Shown: in pieces, positions 9,531-17,433 of the stretch
Position numbering within the stretch: the stretch's first letter is position 1
Layout: every line of letters starts with the position of its first letter
Source of the DNA: Candidatus Omnitrophota bacterium
Lineage (GTDB): Bacteria > CG03
Assembly: GCA_013791745.1 (NCBI GenBank)
Contig: VMTH01000007.1
Location: forward strand, 1-43,945
Reading direction: 5' to 3'
DNA length: 43,945 nucleotides
Notes under the pieces: generated by a model
What the model saw: the letters and a program-made list of their open reading frames with translations, nothing else
What the model was told of the DNA's origin: nothing
The model's database searches: none
Position numbers and translations under genes: made by a program

Positions 9531-9931
9531 TTGTATTTCTCCAGGACCTTTACTATTTTCTGGGGAGTCATTTTTCCGTGATAGTCGTCGTCGATCATTA
9601 CCAGCGGGCCAAGGGCGCAGGCCCCTATGCAGTTGACGGTCTCAAGCTTGAAATTCCCGTCTTTTGTGGAATCCCCGGGATTTATCCCCAATACCTGTGT
9701 GATCCTCTCCACGATCCGGGGGGCGCCCCTTACATAGCATGCAGTTCCCATGCATACCATTATTTTGTGCTTTGCCGGAGGGACGAGCGAAAAAGATTTA
9801 TAAAATGTCGCTACGGAATAAATACGCGACATGGGTATATCCAGCCTGTGAGAAACCTCTTCCAGCTTCTCTCTCTTAAGATACCCGCATTCTCTCTGGA
9901 TATCCTGCAGAACTCTTATCAGATTCGTCAT
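9527..9931 (-). CDS. NuoE/HydC-like thioredoxin-fold [2Fe-2S] subunit
   Basis: 134 aa, with CMGTACYVRGA...VNCIGACALGP (the four-Cys pattern of NuoE). It overlaps the nuoF-like start by 4 nt. Confidence 0.88.
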   Translation of the reverse strand: MTNLIRVLQDIQRECGYLKREKLEEVSHRLDIPMSRIYSVATFYKSFSLVPPAKHKIMVCMGTACYVRGAPRIVERITQVLGINPGDSTKDGNFKLETVNCIGACALGPLVMIDDDYHGKMTPQKIVKVLEKYK

Positions 9932-9951
9932 TCTCTATAAATCCTGTTTTA

Positions 9952-10446
9952 TCATTTCTTAAACTCGGTCAAAAATCTTCTCGTCTTCTCCCTTGAGATT
10001 TCCGTCGGCTCTACAAAAACCAGCGCTTTTGTAGGACAGGCCGCAGCGCAGGCCGGCTCTTCGCCCTGTTTCAGCCTTTCCCTGCATAAATCGCATTTTA
10101 TCACGGCTTTGCCTTCCCTGTTTGTTTTGATAACACCGAAGGGGCATGCGATAACGCAGAAATCGCATCCTATGCACGATTCGCTGTCCAAAAAAACAAT
10201 CCCGTTTTCTTCTTTACTTAAAGCCCCGGAGGGGCATACCGCAACGCACGGCGCGTCCTCGCAGTGACGGCACTGAAGAGGGAGAGTCACATCGTCGCAG
10301 CCGATTACACTGATCCTGGCTGCCGGCCGCGGTTCTTCCGCAATTGCTTTAGCCAATTCCCTGCTTTTAGAATGAGCAACCGCGCAGGCGAGCTGACAGC
10401 TCCTGCAGGCAAGGCATTTCTCAGGGGATATGTATATTATTTTCAT
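9952..10446 (-). CDS. cooF: CooF-type polyferredoxin (4x[4Fe-4S]-like), the electron-transfer partner of CODH
   Basis: 164 aa. It has multiple CxxCxxCxxxC(P) motifs (CLACRSCQLAC, CRHCEDAPCVAVCP, CIGCDFCVIACP, CDLC...CAAACP). It lies 13 nt downstream of cooS. Confidence 0.85.
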   Translation of the reverse strand: MKIIYISPEKCLACRSCQLACAVAHSKSRELAKAIAEEPRPAARISVIGCDDVTLPLQCRHCEDAPCVAVCPSGALSKEENGIVFLDSESCIGCDFCVIACPFGVIKTNREGKAVIKCDLCRERLKQGEEPACAAACPTKALVFVEPTEISREKTRRFLTEFKK

Positions 10447-10459
10447 CGCTGCCCCCTGC

Positions 10460-12361
10460 TTAATTTTTTTCCGCTAACGGTTTCAGGTTGAGTTTCACCC
10501 TTTTCTCGTCCAGCAGTTTTACAATCATATCAGCCGTCTTTACCGGATCCGGCTCAAAAACGAAATTCGCCCCGACAAGTTTATGAATATCCTCCAGCAG
10601 GAATTTCTTCACTTTCTCACTCCCTATGACAGGCAAAGGATTGCCGAGAAAAGTGGTTATACCCGAACCCACCGCGTAAAACGCGATCGCAACGGCTTTT
10701 TCGCTCATCCATTCGGGAGCCGCGCCCGCCACCGGCAGGTCCGAGATATCCTCTCCCAGGCCGCCTTCCTTCAGGACATTGCACAGAATCACGAGAATCC
10801 TTGATATATCAACGCAGGACCCCAGATGCAGGACCGGCGGGATCCCCACAGTCTCGCATATTTCCTTCAGGCCCGGGCCGCAAAGATCTTTCGCTTCAGG
10901 CCTGAGAAGCCCCGCTTTCGCTGAGGCAATCGCGGAACAGCCGGTCGTGACGACAAGCACATCTCTCTTGATCAGTTCCTCCGTAAGTCTGATATGACAC
11001 AGATCGTGTACCTGTTTGGGGTTGTTGCACCCGACAATACCCACGGCTCCCCTCAGCCGGCCTGATATTATGGCATCGTTCAGAGGCCGGTAGGTGGACC
11101 GGTATTTGCCGCCGAGGAACTGAAAAACAGATTCCGCGGTAAAACCCGCGACAAGATCCATTGTCACATCGGGGATATTCACCTTTGCTTCTATTCTGTT
11201 GGGGAAGTTGTCTATGGCGATCTTCACTATTCCCTTGGCAATGTCAAACGCTTTCTCCTCATTGAATTCAATATGCTCGGCAAACGGAAATTTTGCCTTG
11301 GGAGAAGTTGAAATAAGTTTTGTGTGTGAGCACTGGCAGAGATCTCCCAGCGCCGGCATAACGCACTGGATGTCCACGAGCATAACTTCAACGGCGCCCG
11401 TTGCGATCGCCAGTTCCTGCTGCAGGAAATTTCCCGCAATGGGTATTCCGTGACGCATAAGTATCTCATTTGCCGTGCAGCAGATCCCGGCAAGGTTTAT
11501 TCCTTTCGCCCCCTTGCTTTTCGCGTATTCCAGCATCTCCTTGTCCCGTACCGCATCGACCATGACATCGGATAATGTCGGCTCATGGCCGTGGACGATT
11601 ATGTTCACTTCGTCTTTGCTTATAACACCGAGGTTTACTTTTGACCTTATCGGTTCGGGGCTTCCGAACAGAATATCGGAAAGTTCTGTCGCGATCATAG
11701 AACCGCCCCAGCCGTCGGCCAGCGAATTTCGTAACCCCTGCAACAGCAGGTTGACATCATCATTGTCGGCGCCGACATGAGTTCTATGCAGGGTATCGAC
11801 CACTTCCCTGTCTATGCCGCGCGGAACTATTTTAAGGTCTCTCCAGATTTTCTGTCTTTTTTCCGGCGCACGCTTAATAAAGAGGAGTTCTCCCTGCTGC
11901 CGTGAAAACTCCGCGAAAGCTATTTCCGCCACGTCCTTTGCTATCGCGTTAGTATCCCGGCCCTCTGTCTTTACGCCGTATTCCGCTGCAATAACAAGAA
12001 GTTTCTTTTTATCTTTGATTGAATATCCCTTTGTCTTGCCCTCAGCGGCAAGGAGCAGTGTATGGGCAATATCCCGGCCGTGGTCGGAGTGGGCAGCGGC
12101 GCCGGCGGCAATCATCCTTATGAGATTCCTTGCGGAAATTATTGCGGCGGTAGCCCCGCAAACGCCTTTCTGAGGACCTTCGCCGAACGGATCAATCCTG
12201 CAGGGCCCCATAACACAATTTTTACAGCAGAGCCCCATCTCGCCGAAACCGCACTGGGGAAGCATTTTCTCGTATCTGGTCCAGGCGGTTTCAAGATCCG
12301 GATTTTTTTCAAGAACTTCCCTGCTCGCTTTATCATGGGTCAATTCAGTGGGTTTCTTCAT
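10460..12361 (-). CDS. cooS: Anaerobic Ni-Fe carbon monoxide dehydrogenase catalytic subunit (C-cluster)
   Basis: 633 aa. The N-terminal D/B-cluster motif is CGFGEMGLCCKNCVMGPCRI. Also present are HGHEP, GICCTANE, VGCNNP, TGCSA and LGSCVD, the characteristic CooS/AcsA blocks. Confidence 0.93.
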   Translation of the reverse strand: MKKPTELTHDKASREVLEKNPDLETAWTRYEKMLPQCGFGEMGLCCKNCVMGPCRIDPFGEGPQKGVCGATAAIISARNLIRMIAAGAAAHSDHGRDIAHTLLLAAEGKTKGYSIKDKKKLLVIAAEYGVKTEGRDTNAIAKDVAEIAFAEFSRQQGELLFIKRAPEKRQKIWRDLKIVPRGIDREVVDTLHRTHVGADNDDVNLLLQGLRNSLADGWGGSMIATELSDILFGSPEPIRSKVNLGVISKDEVNIIVHGHEPTLSDVMVDAVRDKEMLEYAKSKGAKGINLAGICCTANEILMRHGIPIAGNFLQQELAIATGAVEVMLVDIQCVMPALGDLCQCSHTKLISTSPKAKFPFAEHIEFNEEKAFDIAKGIVKIAIDNFPNRIEAKVNIPDVTMDLVAGFTAESVFQFLGGKYRSTYRPLNDAIISGRLRGAVGIVGCNNPKQVHDLCHIRLTEELIKRDVLVVTTGCSAIASAKAGLLRPEAKDLCGPGLKEICETVGIPPVLHLGSCVDISRILVILCNVLKEGGLGEDISDLPVAGAAPEWMSEKAVAIAFYAVGSGITTFLGNPLPVIGSEKVKKFLLEDIHKLVGANFVFEPDPVKTADMIVKLLDEKRVKLNLKPLAEKN

Positions 12362-12407
12362 TATTTCCCTCCTCTTAATAAACGGTTACAGTTAACGGTA
12401 ACGATGC

Positions 12408-13187
12408 CTACCTGGGCGGCAGGCGGGTTTCGTCACCGTCAAACGATTGCTCTTTCAATACTGACTTTAAACTGTCCAGGATTTTTTCCAGTTCTTTTTT
12501 TATCTGTACGGTATCCTTCAATTTCCCTCGTTCTTTCCGCAGATTTGGATTATAGGAAATAAATCCCGCGAAATCAATTTTGCCGACTTTACCGCGCAGA
12601 TAATCCTTATCGGACTCATCCCATATCTTGTTCGCGATAATTTCTATATGCCTGACGCCCAGCTTTTCCGCCAACTCCTTGATCTTCCGGGCGGTCTCAA
12701 TGCTCTTTATTTCCGGCTCTACGATTAGAAAGAGCATATCCACTCCGGCAACGACACCGCGCGTCAAGTGTTCTATTCCGGCTTCCATATCAAGCACCAC
12801 GGCCTCGTCCCTTTCAAGGACAAGGTGACTGATGAGAGCCTTTATGAGCGAGTTTTCCGGGCAGAAACAGCCGGTCTTGTTAGTATATTTCCCTATCTGC
12901 ATTATCCTTATCCCGTCAAAGTCCAGTGAATATTTGTCCGGCAGGTCGTTTACGAAAGGGTTCAGTTTGAAAAGCCCGCCGTCGGCGGCGGTCCTTTCTT
13001 TTATCATCTCTTTCAATCCGGATATTGACTGCAACTCCGCTTTGGCGTCAAAGAGAGTCAGTAGATTGCTGTCCGGGTCGCAGTCTATCGCGAGGACCTT
13101 GAATCCTCTTTCTTTCAGGATAACCGCAAGAAGAGCGGCGATTGTCGTCTTTCCGCTGCCGCCTTTTCCCGATACCGCTATTTTCAT
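12408..13187 (-). CDS. cooC: CooC-family Ni-insertion ATPase (CODH maturation); first gene of the acs operon
   Basis: 259 aa. Walker A is MKIAVSGKGGSGKTT and the CxC motif is TGCFCPENS. It is a second, diverged paralogue of the gene at 775-1503. Confidence 0.85.
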   Translation of the reverse strand: MKIAVSGKGGSGKTTIAALLAVILKERGFKVLAIDCDPDSNLLTLFDAKAELQSISGLKEMIKERTAADGGLFKLNPFVNDLPDKYSLDFDGIRIMQIGKYTNKTGCFCPENSLIKALISHLVLERDEAVVLDMEAGIEHLTRGVVAGVDMLFLIVEPEIKSIETARKIKELAEKLGVRHIEIIANKIWDESDKDYLRGKVGKIDFAGFISYNPNLRKERGKLKDTVQIKKELEKILDSLKSVLKEQSFDGDETRLPPR

Positions 13188-13291
13188 CGTATTCCTCTTC
13201 CTTTTTTACAATCCGCGATCGCTAACCCGAATGATTCATACTCTTAACGACAAAATGCTGGAACACTTTGCAAATCCCAATACTTGTTTTC

Positions 13292-13321
13292 ATTTTACAG
13301 AAAAAAGGATGTGGTTGTCAA
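13292..13321 (-). promoter_or_regulatory. Candidate sigma70-type promoter of the cooC-cooS-...-acsD operon
   Basis: The minus strand reads TTGACA (13321-13316), an 18-nt spacer, then TAAAAT (13297-13292). This lies about 105 nt upstream of the cooC ATG. Confidence 0.45.
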
Positions 13322-13422
13322 TTTTCGGAAAAAGGGAAAAGGGGAAAAGGGGACGTCCTTAATATTCTTTATTCCTGAGGCAGAGCTTCTTCAGGGGAAA
13401 ACGGGGACGGTTCTGGTTTTCC

Positions 13423-13881
13423 TTACGCGGCGGAATTCATATATTCTTTCAGCGTCAGAAAATCCATGTCAAACTGCTTCTCGGAGCGCTTTATCAGTTT
13501 TTTTGAATGATCATCCAGCAGCGGCTGAAAATTCACGGTCCAGTCAAGCTTGAAATCCCCTATGTTGATGTGATTGTCCGTCCATGTTTTGGAATCGCCC
13601 GCATGAATATCCTCCAGACGGAACCGCAGCGGAAAAAGAACCTTTCTTGTTCTCAGTTCGGGGATAAAAATAAGTTTTTTTTCGTCTTTGTATTTTTTAG
13701 CTATTTTGGCAAAGCCCACAACACCCCGCACCGGCCTTATGGCATAGAACCAGAGAATGTCTCCGGGCCTGGCGGCAAGATATAAGGGCCTGTCCTTTTC
13801 CGAAACCGCCGCAAGGGGCGGAGAATGTTTCAGCCCCGTGCGCCAGTTTTCCTTTATGTCAATTTTTATCCAGTGGCTCAA
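13423..13881 (-). CDS. Hypothetical protein, possibly PUA-like (EVE/ASCH-type) fold
   Basis: 152 aa. The segment GDILWFYAIRPVRGVVGFAKI after an N-terminal HWIKIDIKENW resembles EVE/ASCH-type proteins. This rests on weak similarity from memory only. Confidence 0.35.
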   Translation of the reverse strand: MSHWIKIDIKENWRTGLKHSPPLAAVSEKDRPLYLAARPGDILWFYAIRPVRGVVGFAKIAKKYKDEKKLIFIPELRTRKVLFPLRFRLEDIHAGDSKTWTDNHINIGDFKLDWTVNFQPLLDDHSKKLIKRSEKQFDMDFLTLKEYMNSAA

Positions 13882-13926
13882 CGGCGTTGCGCTCCGAAAA
13901 ATAATTCCCTCACGGCAAAAAATCTC

Positions 13927-14592
13927 TTATTTGATTATGACCTCTTCCAGAATGACAGACTCCAGCGGCCTGTCGCCGGAACCAGTCTTCACCGCTTCTA
14001 TCTTTTTGACCACATCCATCCCCTCAATGACCTCGCCGAATATCGTGTGGCGGTTGTTGAGCCATGGCGTGGGAACAGTCGTTATAAAGAACTGGCTTCC
14101 GTTGGTGCCGGGGCCTGAATTGGCCATTGCCAGAAGTCCCAGCCTGTCAAAAACAAGGCTCCCGTCGAACTCGTCTTTAAAGCGGTACCCGGGGCCGCCC
14201 GTGCCGTTTCCCATGGGACATCCGCCCTGTATCATGAAATTCTTTATTATCCTGTGAAATATCAGGCCGTTGTAAAAAGGCCGCTTGACCTGCTGGCGGG
14301 TCCTCGGGTCCATAAACATCTTGTCGCCCTTCGCCAGATCGACAAAATTCTCAACAGTGACAGGCGCTTTGTCAGGATAGAGTTTAATAACTATTTCTCC
14401 GAGCGGCTCGTCGCCGTGGCGGATCTTCATAACAGCCCGCAGTTCTTTCTTTTCAGCTATCTTTTCTTTCACAAGGGTCTCCTCAGCCGGGGGGGATATT
14501 TCGACAGGCGCCGAAGGACTTTCCTGCTTCAGCCCGCCGCAGCCGGCGATAAAAAACACAACAGCAAAACCAATTTTTGAAATAATTTTCAT
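13927..14592 (-). CDS. ppiB: Cyclophilin-type peptidyl-prolyl cis-trans isomerase, lipoprotein
   Basis: 221 aa. A signal peptide with lipobox FFIAGC is followed by FHRIIKNFMIQGGCP...GTGGPGY.F.DEF and LAMANSGPGTNGSQFFIT, the cyclophilin signature blocks. Confidence 0.9.
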   Translation of the reverse strand: MKIISKIGFAVVFFIAGCGGLKQESPSAPVEISPPAEETLVKEKIAEKKELRAVMKIRHGDEPLGEIVIKLYPDKAPVTVENFVDLAKGDKMFMDPRTRQQVKRPFYNGLIFHRIIKNFMIQGGCPMGNGTGGPGYRFKDEFDGSLVFDRLGLLAMANSGPGTNGSQFFITTVPTPWLNNRHTIFGEVIEGMDVVKKIEAVKTGSGDRPLESVILEEVIIK

Positions 14593-14709
14593 ATTTTTTC
14601 AATCCTCCGCATATTTTTTGTTTTTCATTATAACAAAAAAGCCGGAATGGACAAGCCCATCTGAAAATTTTGGCGGAAAAAGGGCTTTTCTGCTATCATT
14701 GTCACGAAC

Positions 14710-16725
14710 ATGAAAGATTACCCCGAACTGACAGAGATCTTCACCCGCGGCGGCATGGTCGACACAGGCATGGAAAATTATGAGATCCGCGATGAACAGC
14801 TCGACATGGCTCTGCGCATAGAAGAGTCTCTGGCGACCAACGAACATCTCATAATCGAGGCGGGAACAGGCATAGGCAAAAGTCTCGCCTATCTCGTGCC
14901 GCTGATAATATACGCGAAGACAAAGCGCAAAAGAGCCATTGTCGCCACATACACGAAAACCCTGCAGGAACAGCTCACAAAAAAAGACCTGCCTTTTCTG
15001 CTGAATGCCCTGCCTTTTAAATTCAATTTCGCGCTATGTCTGGGAAGCGCCAACTACCTTTGCCTGCGGCGCCTCCACAAGAGCCGCCAGCTCGGACTTT
15101 TTAAAGATGACGACGAGCTCAGGGAATGGGATGAAATAGCGCGATGGAGCAGAAAAACAAAAACGGGTGTCAAACTCGACGCCGAATTCAAAATCAGCGA
15201 TAAGATATGGATGGAAGTGTGCAGGGAATCAGACATGTGCACCGGCAGAAAATGCCCTTACGGCAGCCTGTGTTTCTACAACCGCTCCAAGATAGAACGC
15301 TCAAACGCGGATATCCTCGTGTCCAACCATCATCTCTTTTTCACGGATATCGCATCCGGCAATAAGATACTCCCCCCCTACGCCGCGGCGCTGATAGACG
15401 AGGCCCACAACGCGGAAGATGTCGCCGCCGAATATCTCGGCGCGGAATTTTCCTACGGCAATATGAAATACATCCTCGGCCGACTCACGGGCGGCCGGGA
15501 TTTCGGCATGGACAGCGGCACCGCCGACGAAATATTGAAAAGCGCCGCGAGAACCGAAATGCATGTGAAAGAACTTTTCAGAGCTGTTATCGCCCGTTTC
15601 GGCCGTGAAAAAACACTCCGGCGCGTCCGCGAAAAGCATATCTTCAACGGCGCCGCCGGGGCATCGATACAAGAACTGTCCGGTATGGTGCGGGCTGCCG
15701 CCTCAAAAATGAAAGACGAGAACGGCGATACCTCTGACGAGGGCGCGGAACTGGGCGCCTACGCGGGGAGGCTCAGCGAAGCGAAAAACGCCCTTGAATT
15801 GTTTCTTGAGCAGAGCGAACCGGACTTTGTTTACTGGGCCGATATCAAGCCCGCCGGACGGCGCCTGCGGGCAAGCCTGTATTCCTGCCCGCTGGATGTT
15901 TCACGCATCCTCAGGCAGACCCTCTACAAAAACACTGATTCCGTCATCATGACTTCGGCGACTATGTGCGTAAACGATTCTTTTGAATATATGAAAGAAC
16001 GCCTCGGGATGATCAACGCGGGAGAACTGCGGCTCGGGTCGCCTTTTGATTATAAAAAACAGGCCCTGCTTTACGTAGCCGGGGACCTTCCCTCACCGGC
16101 CGGCGATTTCGCTGAATTCGAGCAAAAGGCGCTGGAGAGGATGGGCAGTATATGCGCGGCCGCAGGCGGCGGCACTTTCGTTCTTTTCACGAGCTGGAAG
16201 AGCCTGGAAAAAGCTCATGACTACCTCAAAAAGAACATCCCTGGCCTGAATTTCCTGAAACAGGGCCAGATGAACCGCTGGCAACTGCTTGAGACATTTA
16301 AAAACAAATCTTCGGCGGTGCTTTTGGGAACCAATTCCTTCTGGCAGGGCGTGGATGTCCCCGGAGAAGCGCTGCGCTGCGTGATAATATTCAAACTGCC
16401 CTTCGCGGTGCCGGATAATCCCCTAACAGAAGCGAGGATAGAGAAACTGAAGGAGGAAGGCAAAAACGCTTTCGCTCATTATCAGATACCGCAGGCCGCG
16501 ATCATGCTCAAGCAGGGCGTGGGCAGGCTCATAAGAACAAAGACCGACAGGGGCGTTATAGCTGTCCTTGACCCGCGGGTTCTCCTGAGTTCATACGGAA
16601 AAATATTCCTCCGCTCCCTTCCCGATTGCGCCATATCCTCGGACATTGAGGAAATAAGCGCTTTCATCCCCTTTCACGGCCCTGATAAGCCTAAAAGATC
16701 TTCACGGCAAAAATCAGGCCTGTAA
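14710..16725 (+). CDS. dinG: DinG/Rad3-family ATP-dependent DNA helicase (Fe-S type)
   Basis: 671 aa. Walker A is EAGTGIGKSLAYL, the DEAH box is LIDEAHN, four Cys lie in the Fe-S insertion (CLGSANYLCLRR...C..C), and the C-terminal motifs are QG.GR.IR and ITSAT-like MTSATM. Confidence 0.85.
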   Translation: MKDYPELTEIFTRGGMVDTGMENYEIRDEQLDMALRIEESLATNEHLIIEAGTGIGKSLAYLVPLIIYAKTKRKRAIVATYTKTLQEQLTKKDLPFLLNALPFKFNFALCLGSANYLCLRRLHKSRQLGLFKDDDELREWDEIARWSRKTKTGVKLDAEFKISDKIWMEVCRESDMCTGRKCPYGSLCFYNRSKIERSNADILVSNHHLFFTDIASGNKILPPYAAALIDEAHNAEDVAAEYLGAEFSYGNMKYILGRLTGGRDFGMDSGTADEILKSAARTEMHVKELFRAVIARFGREKTLRRVREKHIFNGAAGASIQELSGMVRAAASKMKDENGDTSDEGAELGAYAGRLSEAKNALELFLEQSEPDFVYWADIKPAGRRLRASLYSCPLDVSRILRQTLYKNTDSVIMTSATMCVNDSFEYMKERLGMINAGELRLGSPFDYKKQALLYVAGDLPSPAGDFAEFEQKALERMGSICAAAGGGTFVLFTSWKSLEKAHDYLKKNIPGLNFLKQGQMNRWQLLETFKNKSSAVLLGTNSFWQGVDVPGEALRCVIIFKLPFAVPDNPLTEARIEKLKEEGKNAFAHYQIPQAAIMLKQGVGRLIRTKTDRGVIAVLDPRVLLSSYGKIFLRSLPDCAISSDIEEISAFIPFHGPDKPKRSSRQKSGL

Positions 16726-16805
16726 CTTTTTGCTCAGGACAGGCGTCTAACGGTTGAAGGCAAAAGTGATGAAGAAGTCGAACCCAAATAAGGAGGAAGG
16801 TTAAA

Positions 16806-17345
16806 ATGAAAAACTTAATGAACTGGACGGCGGCTGGAATGATGATGGCGACGCTGGCGGCTTTTTCGCCGCTCATGGCCGAAACACCGGACAAGAGCGA
16901 AATGGCGGAATTCAGGGAATGGAAACAGAAAAAAGCTCAGAACCTGCAGAAACGCGACGAGCGCAGAAAAGCGATGCACGAGAAAAGAATGGAGAGGATG
17001 ACGAAAGAACTCGGACTCAGTGAAAAACAAAAAACTTCTATCTCCGGTATCCTTGAGAATTCGTGGAAAAAAGTCGCCGAAGAAAGAAACGCGTTCACGG
17101 ACAAAGTGAAAAAAATCAGGGAGACTTCCGACAAAGGCATTGAGAAAGAACTGACCAAAGAACAGATCAAAAAATGGGAAGAACACAAATCCCGGATGAT
17201 GAAGCAGGATCGCAAGATGAGTAAAAAGGGCAAAAAAATGAGCGGCAAAAAAGGGGACAGAGGAAATATGCGCGGCAGCGGGATGGACTGCGAAAGTTAT
17301 GACTGTGGCGACGGTAAAATGAGAGGCGAACAGGACGACAAATAG
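16806..17345 (+). CDS. Spy/CpxP-like periplasmic protein (LTXXQ-type helical repeats) with a Lys/Gly-rich tail
   Basis: 179 aa. It has a signal peptide (..LAAFSPLMA), two motifs LSEKQK and LTKEQIKKWEEH, and a strong RBS AAGGAGGA 7 nt upstream. The minus-strand ORF 16815-17351 is its antisense shadow. Confidence 0.6.
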   Translation: MKNLMNWTAAGMMMATLAAFSPLMAETPDKSEMAEFREWKQKKAQNLQKRDERRKAMHEKRMERMTKELGLSEKQKTSISGILENSWKKVAEERNAFTDKVKKIRETSDKGIEKELTKEQIKKWEEHKSRMMKQDRKMSKKGKKMSGKKGDRGNMRGSGMDCESYDCGDGKMRGEQDDK

Positions 17346-17367
17346 TCTCAAACCTGTTTTTTCTGAT

Positions 17368-17406
17368 GCGGCCTTCTCCTTTCAAGGGAGAGGGCCGCGC
17401 GTTTTC
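17368..17406 (+). terminator. Rho-independent terminator after the Spy-like gene
   Basis: The stem is GCGGCCtTCTCC (17368-17379) paired with GGAGAgGGCCGC (17387-17398), with a 7-nt loop, followed by GCGTTTTCC. Confidence 0.7.
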
Positions 17407-17433
17407 CACACCCGTAAAACGCCGGCTTTCCGG

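Noticed and set aside
12384-12402. GGTTAC-N8-GTAAC inverted repeat between cooC and cooS as a second NikR box
   Set aside because: The arms lack the GTG/CAC ends, the spacing is 8 nt rather than 13-14, and the site is inside an operon spacer, not at a promoter. It is more likely a small mRNA hairpin.
16815-17351. 178-aa minus-strand ORF
   Set aside because: It is a perfect antisense shadow of the Lys/Glu-rich Spy-like gene, and its Phe-rich composition comes from AAA/GAA codons. It has no RBS, whereas the plus-strand gene has AAGGAGGA and a signal peptide.
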